The notes below the pieces were generated by a model, which did no database searches, was not told where the DNA came from, and worked only from the letters and a program-made list of their open reading frames with translations. Position numbers and translations under genes: made by a program. Of a DNA stretch of 64,000 nucleotides, positions 46,651 through 60,900 are shown piece by piece. Each line of letters starts with the position of its first letter. The first letter of the stretch is position 1. Origin of the DNA: Perna viridis (taxonomy: Eukaryota). The DNA lies in contig CM074512.1 of the NCBI GenBank assembly GCA_037379345.1, positions 64,253,597-64,317,596 on the forward strand, in the 5' to 3' direction.

Positions 46651-49600
46651 GTATGTTGTCTTTTCAGTATTTATTATGAGCTTGTGTTGACTGCATCTTA
46701 CATAAGTCTACTTTCTTTGACTTTTCAGATCTGTTTATCTCTCACCTTTAAGCAAAGCTTTGCTTCTTTAAATCAGATTTTAGACAAGATTTTTTTACTG
46801 TATACAATCGTGTAGTTTATTTCAACTAGTTAAAAAACCTACTTATAAGTTATTAACTTCTAATTTGCAAATTTCCTCTTTGTTTGTGAAAATCCAGACA
46901 TGATTTTTGTCTCCTTTAAATGGAATTCTGCTTTTTTCCATATCTGGATTTTACCTTTCTGTTTCTGTTCTTATTGTATTTGCCAATTTCCTTTCTTGTT
47001 GTCTTGATAAAATCATGTCTGAAAGTCAGGTCTGTTAAACAGAAACTAATTTTCAAACATTTGAAATGTCCTCAGCAGTGGCATGTGTTCGGAAGGAGTT
47101 GAGACATTCTCTTTTTTTTTAGCCCCATTAACTTACTGCATGTTCAGAACTTACTGCAATATTGTTATTGGAAAAATTCTACTGACTTGATATTGCAATA
47201 ATGTAAACTAAAATTATTGAACTTTTACAATTTTTGAAGAGTGGAAGTTTTCTTAAAATTGCAAAAATTCAAATATCATTTTCAGCAATTATGCAATTAA
47301 AAATGAATGCAATAAATTTCAATTTTACAGTATTGCAATGCTTATATTTTTTTTTTCAGGTATTGTTGATTAAAAAATGCATGATCCATAATTATATACC
47401 TTTAATAGGCAATTACTCTGTTAAAATTTGGCCTTTTTAGAGGAGAGTAAATGTGTTTGCATGTGTATTTCATGAAACATTTGCTTTAATTGATGAAGTT
47501 CAGGATTTTGTAATTTTAATTCAGCACATAAGATCATTTTCCTGGTTTAAGGTAAGTTTGGACATTCTAATATATCCTCGTACAGATTTCTTATGATGCT
47601 GAAAGTGTAACATACATTTAATAGGATGAAATTCTGCCCATTTCTTTTGACCGATGTATCATTTTTCTAAGACATGTTTAGGAATGCCTCTTTTCTTTGA
47701 AATTATTTATTGCTTATATATATATATACATGTATATAAATGAATATGATTACTAATTGCCATTCTACTATTATAGTGTTAATTTTTCTATTATGGTGTA
47801 AATGAACTGTAAGCAGGGAATTTTTTTTGTAGTTTTATGCTTTGCTCTTTTGGATGTAAAATTTTTATAACAAAAATAAATCTGTGGCTAAAATTGTTGG
47901 TTACAGAACAAAACTAAGGTTTGAATGATTGCAAGTGCAAAATGTATTGAAGTATTCCCAGCTTACAGTATCTTTAAGGCCATTCAAAATAAATATCTTG
48001 GTTCTCATGTCAAGAAAACCTTTGAGGTGGGGGGGGGGCATTTCTTTTTACCTTTTTTTTATGATGAGAGCGCTGTTACTTATCACTTTGCCGCCAAAAA
48101 AAATTGAGCAGTGAAGAACCAACAAAAGAGATAAGGGTGGAAATGAGAACCAAATGATTATTTTTAGTTGGCCTAATACAGTCAATGACCTTTTTCAACT
48201 CCTCTGTTATGATGAATTATGGTGGTTGAAATTTGATAACAGTTACTTCCCTTTGCATCAGAAATGCATTCTCATTGTATAAATAAGGAAATGTGCATGA
48301 TATGATGAATGATGATTTGCCATTTACATATTCCAATTGTAAAAATCTGCAATTCATTTACAATGACTTTGCATGTACTTTGTGTATTTGTATACCCCAC
48401 ATTAAATTGAAATGATGCACTCAATATAACCCTTGATTTGGCTTTTTGTATATAAAGCCTTATTAAGTTGGCTTTTATACATACAATTAATGTAAAATTG
48501 TAATGAAGAAGTGTCATATCAGTTACTGTTTGTCATTTATGTTTATCTCTCGCTGTGAGTCGTAATTTATTTGTAGTTTATTCAACATTTGAGAAAATTG
48601 TTACTTGTGTCGATTTCAAAAGTAAAGACACGTACCAGTTTTGACATGTAATAAGATACAGGATAAATTGAGATGGTTCAGGCCATTATGAACTTATTCC
48701 TGGTCTTTATTTAATGTTGCCATGTAACTCGATATAGAATAAACTCTGAAGTAAAAGGCCATTCTGAACTAAGTCGAGATCTTGTTTTCATCTAGTAATG
48801 TTATTTATTGCTGTAAATTAGTGTGTGGTAGATAAGTTATAATGTTAAGTGTGTAATTATACATGGTAAAGACAGTATTGGATGAAAACATGTTAATCTC
48901 TTCAGTCTGAGGGGGTAAGATGTTTTGTAATGAATGAGGCCTCATTGATATGTCACTGACACTCTAAATTTTGTCACTAAGGCCTGTTATTTTAAGGTTG
49001 TATCTAATGGTAGTTGTTTGAGAAGTGTTAGATCTGTAAACAACAGTTTTCAAGGAATTTTTGAAAACATGAGGTTTCAGTTGGAAACTTAAAAAAGAGA
49101 ATTTACTTTGCATCAATCAGTATCTTCTTCCCAAACTTAAAAAAACTCAGGTTTTCTACTTGTAAAAAGAAAAGTGGAACAATATAAATAACTTCCCTTC
49201 ACCAAAATTTTACTTGCCCTTGGTTGATGGTAATTGGGAATGCTAGAAAACTGGACATTGTCTATCCGGAAATGAAAAAGTCTATGATCATTGCAAGGTA
49301 TCTTGAATTAGGATTGAAATTAATAGTAACTGTTTAATTTAGAAGATGCTTTATTTGGTGTTTGTTGGAATTTAAGTACCTGTAATACAAAAAAGGAGTA
49401 CATTTTGCCCATTAAGTTCTTAAAAACTTGTATATTGATGGGTTGCATTACAAATGTTAATAATATTTCATTGGATTGAATGGTAAAAAGTCCTAAAAAA
49501 ATTATAGAAGTTTTTGGATGTTAAATTAGGTACAAAAGTTCAAACTAGGTCTGAAAATTTTACACATTTAGATTCTCAAAACGTATCAATTTTTCATGGT

Positions 49601-51744
49601 TGCTAATATTTGATGATTCTGTCAAGTGAACATATTTGTGGGTATCAATTTTTGAGTTTCCAAAAATGATTTGTGTTATTTAGTGTTGAAAGTCCATTTC
49701 GCATGTACTATTTTTCATGGTTTTCTGTCCACCACGAAAATAGAAAAAAAAAAATAGTACAATGCAAAAATTAGTATGTTTACAATATATGATAGAAAGT
49801 ATTGACCCTTTTCAAGAAGGCTTGTCCTTCATATTAGCCAACTTTATATTGTAGCTCTCAGTTTACAGAAGCCATATGAGTAATCAGCATTGTATAAAAA
49901 AAACCTCAACTATGCTTTTTCTGTACTGTTATTTGTGAGGCCTTGCTGCGTTGCTGTCTGCAGGGTATATACCACGTAGCCCTTCTCTTCTATCATAATT
50001 TATTTAAGTTAAAAAGAAACAAATTGTAATCTACTTGTATGATTCATTCTGTCAAAACCATTCTTTGGTAAGTTTTAATTTTCATCTTGTATTACTACTA
50101 AACAGAGAATTTCATGTTGAAGGAAATTATATGTTGCATTTAAAGATTTTAAATGTGAGGAATTTCATTTCATTCATAACCTTAACAAAAGAAGTGTTAA
50201 ACTCTTCTCCTTATTTGTTATGAAATGTTTTTGATGTAGTATTTGAGGTGTAAAGTTACTATTGCCATTCAGGGCTTATCTGTTAATAACAAATGAAATA
50301 TATGCTGAAGGGGGGCATTGAAAGCAAAAGTTTTTGTGATATCTATTTTGAAAACCATTAAATATATATCTTTAATACCAACTCAGATCTCATTGTGAAA
50401 TTTATATTTTCATAATTATATGTTTAAAAAAATTACAGGTATATGTTATCCAGGTGTGCAAGTCCGAGACAGGTGTTAAATTGTGGAATAGGTATTTCAT
50501 TTTCTGTTTGATCTTATCGAAAAACTATTATTGTCCATGAAATTCATAATCTAGTAAATTTGAGAAGATCATTTTGTAGTCACTAGAAAATTGTTCTACT
50601 CAAATTCACCACAGAAAAAGGCTTTTATTCTTTCTATCAAGTATGTCAGGTCTGTCAGAAACAATCACATGTTTTTTCATTGGTAAAATCAGAATCTAGA
50701 ATATATCGTTTCATTATACAGAATCTAGAGCACTTAGTTATAGTTATTTTGCCAAATTGTACATTGACTGAATTTACTGCAAGTTTAGATCAGTAATTTA
50801 TGAAAAGGTTGGGGGGGGGTGGTTTACAGGCAATCATTTGCTCAATTTTGACAAAATTTTGCACCACATCAACAAAATAAGTGGGGGTGGGTTCCAACTT
50901 CTTGACTCCCTTCTTAGGTAATTTGCTTCTTTGGATATGCCACTGTACTGATGACAGATCTATTGTTGTACAAATCATTCCTAAAAGTGATTTGTTCATA
51001 TTTGTCCTTGATGTCTTTATTTGAAATATAAGTTCAGTACAGTTACAGACATGTCTTGATACTTGTGTCAGAACTGAAGTACATGGACGATGAAAGAAAG
51101 TGGTGGTTCAGTGTAAAACACTTTCTTACTGTCAAACTAATTGTGTCCTGTAGTGTCAGAACAATCAATCAAATTGATTAAAACTGTTCCCAGACCAGCA
51201 ATTTCTTTAAAATGAATGAGAAAGGAACAGGAAATACATTTTTCATCGATAATCACTTGTTATTATTGAAGCAATAATTTTCCCCCGCTTTGGCATGATG
51301 ATGGAAAATTGGAAAAATTCATCAATGTGACAATTTGAAGAAAATAAGGGTTGTCTCACACCCACTGTTATAGTTGTGGCAGGTGCTGGGACTGTTTGTC
51401 TCTGTTCAATCAGGCAAAAAAAAAAAGAAAAGAAAAAAAGTGTTTCATATTACACCTTTGAAAAAAAAGGGGGAGGTAGGTTTTTTTTATATCATTTTAC
51501 CTTTTTTTTTACATTGAGTCAATTGGAGAAACTTTCTGACTTAAATGGTGCTTATTGAAAATGGACAAAGAAAATGTTAGGGTATAACATTATTTATTGG
51601 AAAAATAGGGTGGATAGGGTGGTAGGAAACACACAAGTTTTTTATTTGGCCTAATGTTCTTATTCTAATTTTCCATTTTCTGGTGGTAAGTTTGGGGTTT
51701 GATGGATACCTGGCCTTGACTTTTTATGAGCAACTCCACGTTTG

Positions 51745-51945
51745 TTTCTAGAAAAGCAGAGGACGCTTACCCTACCAGTGCACCTTGTCCATGCTCCCAG
51801 TTTTTGGTGGAGTCCAAGTGGCTCATTTGCTTTTGTTACTTTGTATGTATTATTTTAGTTTCTTTTTGTTCTTTGTTATGTATGTCTGTTTTCCCATGTC
51901 TGGTCTTTGTCCCTGGATTACATTCTTTTGATTACTGCTAGAACC
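51745..51945 (+). mobile_element. Dispersed repeat family X, third copy (CpG-decayed)
   Basis: Aligns to the reverse complement of 8732-8957; ccgg>ccag, ccga>ccaa, accg>actg changes. Confidence 0.85.
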
Positions 51946-54900
51946 AGCATTATATATCCATCTTTTATGTTTTTAGTGTAAAGGACTGTTTTGGACAATT
52001 TTGTCTGGTTCCTTTATTTATGAAGTAAAAATCTTAAAAAGACCTGTTTTTGTCACATTGTGTAAATAGAATATGTTGGTATTTATTATAAATATACCAA
52101 TAATCTTCCTTCACAAGACTACATTTTAGAATTTGTAACTTGTTCTCTTCTTATTATTCTGCCAAATATTCATTCTAGATTAATTAGACACTAATCTTAA
52201 TTGAAACAAAAACAAAAAAAAAACCCCAAAAAACAAAAACTTGAAAAAAACTGAGCAAAATATACCGGTACTTGATAATACCCCCTCTCATCTCCCCAGA
52301 AATCTTAAGTCATTTTACATTCAGAACAAAATTAACAAAGTTTGAGGTGCACAAAGGTATCATGTAATAATTATTGGAAGTTTCATCAAATTCTAATGCA
52401 CTGTTAAAGAGGAGTTGGTGGTTAGATCTGGGGATGGGAGAATAAACACTACGATGACTTGTGGGGGTTAGAATAAGACAAAACATACTTCTAGAGTTTG
52501 GATGGGACTTGACATAACCAGAATAAAAGAAATCTATATCTAAAAGAAGATAGTCAGATGACTTTTTGACAACCAGTCATACACTTGTCATTATGACAGA
52601 GAATTCCTACATCTCTGACTTTCTAATGAACAATTTTGTTGCATTGTTATTAGATTTTAGTGAACAGACAACTGTAAAAGCTCTTATTCTAATGAAATTT
52701 GTCCATAAAATCCTAAGGAAGACATGCAACAACATTGTCTTGGACCCATCAAGAGGACGTCATCTGTGCGTTTGATTACATATGTGATTAGCTAGGGAAA
52801 CACAATCTTTCGTTTGATTGCTATGATTCATGGAATTTAATGAAATTGTCAGCTAAAAATCAAGACAAGATAATAAATTAAATGAAATTAGAATTCTCCA
52901 ACAGAAAATTCTTGATGACATACTGTATGATGGGGGAAAGTCAGCAAAAAGGGGCAATAAATTAATAAAGAAGCCGACTTATGTATTCTTGGTTTTAACA
53001 AAGCAATTATTTCAAGACATTCCTCTTAGCTGTAAATACTGTCATCCGTGGATATTCCAGAGTATTCAATGTTATGTAATTGAATAAGACAACCCCATCG
53101 GACCACTTAAGTTCCAAAGCATGTATAATTAGAGAATGCATTAAGGAATTGCAACACTTTAAAATGATATCGATTCTAACTCTTATTGCTCTCTGGTTTT
53201 ACTTTAATAATAAATTTTAGAGTGAGTTTTCTGCTCAAATGTAAAATTTAATAACCTAAGCAATTGAGAGTTTTATGCAGTCTTGAAATGCTCATGGGGA
53301 TATATTGATTGTTTGCTTTTTAAGTTTTTAGGTTTACTGTAAGTTCAAGTGTTTGGCATTCTTCTTCTACCATACCTTAAGACTGTTCCTACTATTGTGT
53401 ATGAGTACAGACAAATTGGTCAGTGAGAAAAGAATTTTGAGTTATTAAAAGGACACAATCATTTCCAAGATTGTGTATTATGAAGTTCTTTATAAGGTAT
53501 GAATGATAGAAGGTGTTAAACTTGTTGAATGGCTTCATAGGAACACAATTGGATCGCCTTAAGATCTTCAATGACATATGGGCTATGTTACAATATATTA
53601 CAATATTTTTGGTTAGCAGGAACTCTACCAAATTCGGTAAATTGCTTATTAAGATGTTTTAGGTGACATTCAAAACATTAAAAGCTGCATAAATACTTTT
53701 GTTAGAATTTGATAAAGAGCTATCTGATCCATGTAAAACTTAGGGAAGATAAAACTATGTCCTTTCTCCTCATAAATTGTCAATGTTCAGGGAAAAGAGA
53801 TGATATAATTTTCTTAATTAGAAATAAAACCCTGACCAAGGTGCTCAATATACCTGGCCAGGGGAGTCAGTTTCCATTGTTAGTCTTCAGCTTTTATCAC
53901 TCTTACACTTCGTCAGCGGGTAGAATGTGACAATCAACAAAGACTCGATGATTTCACTAATCTGATTTATTTGTTAGCGGAGAAAATTACAGTAATCAAG
54001 ACCATTATTATGCTGCATAGATGCACCAAGTAATGGTTGAAAGGAAAACCCTGTTTTTATACATGAGGAATCAGCTTACACAACGTTAACAAAAGGATAT
54101 TTGTTGTGGAAGGATTTTATTTTATGGAAGTTAAACTCGCGTCCAACTTTTACCTTGCTAGATGTGGGGTAGAGTACGGAAATAAAGCATTTTGGTCACT
54201 TTGTAACCTCAAAAATGCAATTTTTTTCATTTAATGATTTAATTGCATGACTGAATTGAAATAAGTGCTTGCAACAGATATGGTTAAAGAAAATATCTTT
54301 CTTTGATTAGTTTTATTCATGGCTAAGACCTGTTTTTTTTTTTTTTTAACATTTTAACAGAAACTTTATTTTCTCATTACTGGTACATGATAGATTAATA
54401 GCTTGTGTTATTTAAAACTTGATGAGTATAACTACGGGTACATGTAATCTTTAAACATGCATATGTTATGCTCTTTCCAATAAAAATATTCAGTTGATTT
54501 AGATAAAACTTTACATGATGAGAATCTCATAAATGTTGATACTTTAGAAGGCTTCCTGTTATGATTTTGTAACTCACTTGTACTTTTATACAACTTGCTT
54601 ATTTCTCTAAATGAAGTAATAGTCAGAGCTATCAGCTTCTTGAGCAAGTTCTTTGTTCCAATTATCTACATGTATCTTAACTTCAGCTAATGTACTTATT
54701 AGAGAAGTGCTTAGAATGAAAAAAATCAGTTATTATAAAATGAGTAATTGTTTCTTTTATCATATTTGACTAGGAAAGAGGTCCTTATTATAATGACCAA
54801 TTATTACAAGGAGGTCACTTCACTCTCTCAATGAAGTTGAAGTTTTAACAGTAAGAGTTTAATCTCTAAGGGGTCTTTAGGTTTTTCTGAGGTGGGTGAT

Positions 54901-57900
54901 GAAAGTCCATACTATGAAGGGAAGTTCCTGACTGGTACTTAATTTTTACAGTACATGTGTATAGCATGTAGTTCCTTATGTAGAGGACATTATCATGACG
55001 AACTTGCAGCCCAAATGATTGTAATATTGTCTGAAACCTTGACTATGCCTTTAGTCACAGACGAGGACTCTATTAGTGTTAAAGGCAATATCGCTTCCCA
55101 AGGGTAGTCAGTATATTGATAATACCCTCTACATAAACAACTTTTGTGTTTATTTCAAAGAAGAATCTGGAGCAGGCATTATCTGTGTGGTAAGTCTGGG
55201 GCATTATCATTTGGTAATGACCTTGGACTCCTCTTGATATTTTAATGAATACCACCTGACCATGTTTTAACCAATAAGAATACTTATTTTTCTTTGATAT
55301 GAAACAGTAAAGGTTCAGTCTAGATTTTTTCTCTGGAGTTAAATCAAGGATGTATCATTAAGACCTTCTGAATTGAGCAGTGACTTTCAAACTGTTTTTA
55401 TATGCACCCTTAAAGAAGTTGAGTTTTTTGCTGTAACTAAAATCTCTAGAAATTTTTGTCAACAGTTTTCTTATTTAAGTTAACTTTTTTTTCTGAGGGC
55501 TTTGGTCACATCATCACCAAACTTGATACACTGTTATCAATGCATGCACACCAACTTCTTCTGTTGCGCATAAAAGTGCAATATCATGTAATTTTTTTTA
55601 TTTTGTCATTGTTTTCCCTCTGCAATGTCTGAATTAGTCATCTTCCACATTCCATTATTTAATGAATCCCATTCAAATTTAAATTTTCAATCCAATCATG
55701 AAATCTATTTGTAATCAGTGACCATACTAATCTGGAAAATTTTGAATTGTGGAAAGGATGATAATGGAACACAAAGTGATTAAGAACCTTTCACAGATGA
55801 ATGCAGCTCTTAATAGCATAAAAATTGCAAACTTTTGGATTTTTTTGAAAACCATCATTTGTTTAATGCCATATCTTAAGAGTTGGATTTGAATAGAATG
55901 TAAACACAGCCAGGCTATCAGCACTGAACCACAAAAATCACAAGTCAATGGATGAAATCTCATAAAAAACCTGGCAATTAGTGGTTCAAAGCTTCCATCA
56001 GATATAACTGTCAGAATAATCTGAATTTAGGTGACAAAAATGTAGCTCCATTCCTGATGAATGTTTGTTTTATTGGCTCCATGGCTAAAAATTATAAATG
56101 TTTTATCTGAGTGGAGGAAATTCAATCGTGAAGATTGATTTTGTTTCAGATCCAAGTTAAGATGTTGTATTAGAATGTATTGCTGTTCCACGGAATGGGT
56201 TTAGGAAGTAAATTTATAGGCTTGATATTAACTGAATTGGGAGATTTGTGTTATAGTAATAGAATACTGTGTATTCTGTTGTAATTCTCAATTAATGCTG
56301 TGAAGGACAGACATATTTTTTTCCTGTTTTAAAATGGAATTCCACATTTTTTTTATTGAATTTTACCATTACAACTCCTGCTTTAATAGTGCATTCAACA
56401 CTTTCAATTTATTTTCAGCTGAGTAAAATTATATCTGCAGGGAGATGTTTTGAATTTTACTCCATAAAATAGGATTCCGTAAAAGATAGGATAAATATTT
56501 TTGGGAAAACTTTTCAGTAACTCACTATTTTTTTTTAGGTTTCTAAATAAAAACATTGTATTGTCATAAATTAAATATTTAATTTTTTTTAAACAGAAAG
56601 TTAACATATAAGAAATGAATCTTGTGCCAACACCTGTTTTATTCTAATTTAATGCACTAAACTTCATTTTCAGTACTTTTAAGGCAATAATTTTCAGTGT
56701 GTACTAATTTTTCGCTGTTTTGGGTAAGCACAAAAATAGTGCTACGAAATTGATTTTTAACACGTTGATATGCTTATCATTGATTTAAAACTGTTAAAAG
56801 TGATACTTATAGATACTATATATGACAGAATCCATTAAAATTTGCAACTGTGCTAAATTCTTACATTGATAATCATTTAGAACTGGAATCTTTGTGAGTT
56901 AATTGAGAACAAAACAATTGTAATAACCTTTATATGGCAGTGAACTAGATGTATATACAGAAATGTTAAGTGCCCGAAGAACTGTTATACCCATGAGAGT
57001 TATCACGGACAAGGTTCCTAAAGTGTGTTTACATTCTGAATGTAAAAATTGCCATTGATTATTGAAAGTTCACAGAAAAAACTGCCTGAACTTGTTTAAT
57101 TAGTAAACCTAATACCTATGTTTAATTAATGTGATATTATGTTTGACAGGTAGAAGTAGGCACAAATTATAAATTTCACCATCTGTTTTAAGATACTTGT
57201 TATAATCCTTTTATTTTGCATATGAAGAAGGCAAACTCGGTGAGAAAACTTGGGATTTTTTATTCTGATGCAGAAGTTTAAAAGTTTCTTTTCTAAGTTT
57301 CTAGAAGGGGTTAAAATCGGATTGTGTTAGGCACACTTTGAATTACTGGTTAGCAACGACCATGTAATCTCTGCAAAATTGCAGTTTCTGAACTATTCCA
57401 AGTCTTAAATTATTCAAATTTACACATTCTAAAGTTTAATGAACCCTTGAGTTTTTAATTGAAAAGTAGGAAACTTCTACTGAACTTTTACAAGACCCAG
57501 TCAATTTCTTTGTGTCATGCAAGAGGCAGAGGTATCAGTGATCAAATTTAAGGGGAAATACTTGCTAAATGTAAGTTGAAATTCAATTTTGCTAGTAGAA
57601 ATTATTTCCACTTTCTAAAATATGCTAGTGGATTTCTTTATGTCATATAGGTAAAGGACAGAAATAACCAATAAACTTAAATTGAAGAAGTGTAAATTTT
57701 CAGTACTTGCTAATTTTTATTAGTGAAAAAAATTCTGAAATTCAATCCTTGGGCATAGAAGTGACAAAAGTCTTAACACCATACTGTATTTATTTAACTT
57801 TCAGATCAAATGCAGGATATATTATTGAATACCTCACTTACCCCCCCTCATTACAGTACGTGGGGTTAATCTGAATGGGCTCTCCATTCTTTTGATGTGA

Positions 57901-60900
57901 TCTTTCATTTCTCCTTTGTTTATAAGAATATTTCCTCTTCAAATAAGATGTCAGTTTCTCTCATTAAATTAGAATCACCCTTCTTTGTAATAAGGTCCAT
58001 TACATTTGTAACTCATCTGTGTTCTAACATGTAGGTTAGGAACAAAGAGAAATGATTTACAGATTTTTGGTAATTAGATGCATCTTAGAAGATGTTAAAA
58101 GGACCCTTTCACCTAGTAGATTTGGGGTCCTGGTAATAAGATGAATCTGTGAAGTTGTCAAAGACCTGAAGACAATTATTTGAAGACTTTTGTAATAATA
58201 CAAATCTCTGAACATGTGAACCTTGTCAGTTAGGGCTAGTAATTTTCAGCTTTGATAATATCAAGTCATACTTGTGAAACCTTCAAGGATTCTGTGTGAT
58301 TGATTTTAGTTAGAAGTTGAGATCTCAAGGGTTATGAAAGAGGAAGCATATAGAATTAAGTTAGTGATAAATGTACTTTACCTTTGGCTAAGGACCCATC
58401 ATGTCTTTGAAGTATTATGCCTCTCATTACTGTAAGTTGCAGAGAAAGAGTTAATAAAAGAAGCTTCTCCCAATAACATTAGCAATAGATTATATGATAA
58501 ATGACATAGGGTCCCTTGTGTATAAGAAATTTGATGCCTCTTTAACTGAAAATTTGCTTAAAATTAGTTTACCAGCCCAAAACAACTCTAGGGTTTTTAT
58601 TGGGAATTATGAGATTTATAATAATTTTTTAAAGTTGTCTTGTGATAATGGTGCAAGGAAAGTATATTCTTCTTTTAAATTGGGCAAATTTTGTATTGCA
58701 TTTTATTTCTGGGGTTATGATTTTATATTGTGTTTCTATTTTGGTCTTACATTGAAGTAGGAATTTATATGCATTGTATTTTTGTCAATTGTAAAGCTCA
58801 ATGTTGTTATAGCACATGCATTGATCATATTCAGGGGATTAAGTTGGTCTTCTCTTAATTGAATGACAATCACCTGATTGAAAATATCCTCAGGTAGTTC
58901 ACTAGACTATTGTCCAGTTAAGTGCCTAAATAAGAATGTTTAAACGTATGGAATAATAGAAGGCTTAAAATCTCCTGGCCACTTGTCTAGTTTACTACAT
59001 GTACTAAAATTTATCAGATGATGATCCATCCTTTGAATGTCATTATGATATTTGCTGTAAGCTAATAAGAATTATCTATTAAGAGTTGGACATAAAGTAA
59101 TAAGTCAGTCTTAATTTGAAGTAAACTACTAATGGGTAATAGCATTTTGACCCATCATCCATCTTAAAGCTCAAAATAGAGCACAAATTGATTTTAGCAT
59201 CTTGGAAACTTCAAGCATCTAGTTAACTGGATGCATTTTCAAATCAGGATTATGGATGTTTAATGTATCTCTCTGACATTTTAATTTGAGGTGCCCTCAT
59301 TTTCTCTTTTCAAGTCTTAATTTTAAAGACATTTATGACTTAATGATACCTATGTAATTATTAACACTACATACTTTAAATCATAAAGAGTCTTCATTAT
59401 CTTTGTAAAATTGTAGAAAATCAGTTTATGCAATTCACTTCATATGTTTTAAGATTTAGTCAAGTCTTTTAACTTTTACAACTCATATGTATAATTGATA
59501 TTGCATTCTAAGATCAAGCCCTCTGTATTTGAAAGATATTTGATCAAAGCACATGATTATTGCTTGAGGCGGAGTTGAGGCAATTGGTTTTCCGGCCACA
59601 AACCAGTTTGTGACTTTGTATTTATTAATAATATATGTATAGGAAGATTTCATTGAAATATGGGGAATGATTAAGTATTATTTGATAACTTAATGAGGCT
59701 GTGAGCTGATAAACCAAATGTGCTGTACTTGGGAATTTCAGATAAAAAATGAGTTATGGTTTTGTATTGAGAACAATTTGGTTTTCATGAAACAGTCATT
59801 ATGGAAGTTCTTGCAAAGCATTCAACAGCATTTCTGCACTTTTTTTTGCTTCTGTAATGCATTTTGCATTAGAGTATGATCACTTGATCAAGTTTTTTTC
59901 TAACCAAAAAATGTCAAAATACAATGAACCATACTGGTATGATGATCAAATTAATTTAGTTGCTGACTGTGTCTTGATTTACATGTACCACACTGTAAGA
60001 ACATTTGTTTGGATTTAAGTTTCCTCTTTCAAGTATAAGAAGTTTCAGGTTTAAGATTTTAATACAGATTGTTATGGGTCATGTTCTCTTGAAATTCTTA
60101 ATTGTTCTTTTGCATTTTCCCTATTGTGAAAACAACAGTAGGTCTTAGTAGATATCAAGATGACTTTGAGAGATTAGGTTTGGTTAAGCTGGGTCCAATT
60201 GAAATGGGACTAGACCTAATCATCTGATTCCATTGTTAACACTGTATGAATCAAGTGGTCCCACACCTGTAAATACTCCAGCCTCTGTTTGATGTTCTCA
60301 TTAAAGGTGTAGCCATTTTATTTACCTAAGTGTAGCACTTGACTCTTTTATTTCTCAGTTCCTGTCTTAGCATATGTTGCTGCCAGTTCTGTAATGAGAT
60401 GAATTTCATAATAATTTGGCCATATTTCATACAAAAATGATCATTATTTATGATAAGCCTTGATTAAATAAACCTGCAATGCTCAGCCTCTGTTGTAATT
60501 ACCTGACTTAGATAGAGTTAATTTGGCATAACGTTTTGACATAAGCATGTTGGTAAATTCTGTTCTTAGGCAGGAGCAAATATTTGAATAATAGCAATTT
60601 GATTTATGCACATAAAGAACAATTAAAAAAGAAAGACTCTTAGATGCCTGTATTTTTTGTCATGTTTATTGTTGTGTGTTTAAAGTTTTCTAGAACTATA
60701 TTTGTTTCAAATATGATTTTGTCATTGTTTTGCCATAAGTTTTTAGTTTTTGGTTCTTTTTTTTTTTTTTTTTTTATTTATCCTGAATTTTCTTGGTTGT
60801 CTTTTCCTGGTTTAACTAGTTTTCTTCATTCATTTAAATGCATACAAAAATTTTCCAGTAGTCTTGTGGTGTAACAGTTTTTTGTGGTTTTTCAATAAAC

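Noticed and set aside
49940-55195. Possible small exons at 49964 (UGC-rich acceptor) and 55161-55189 (strong gtaagt donor)
   Set aside because: No matching good donor for the first; the second is asymmetric with a weak acceptor; neither resembles the family.
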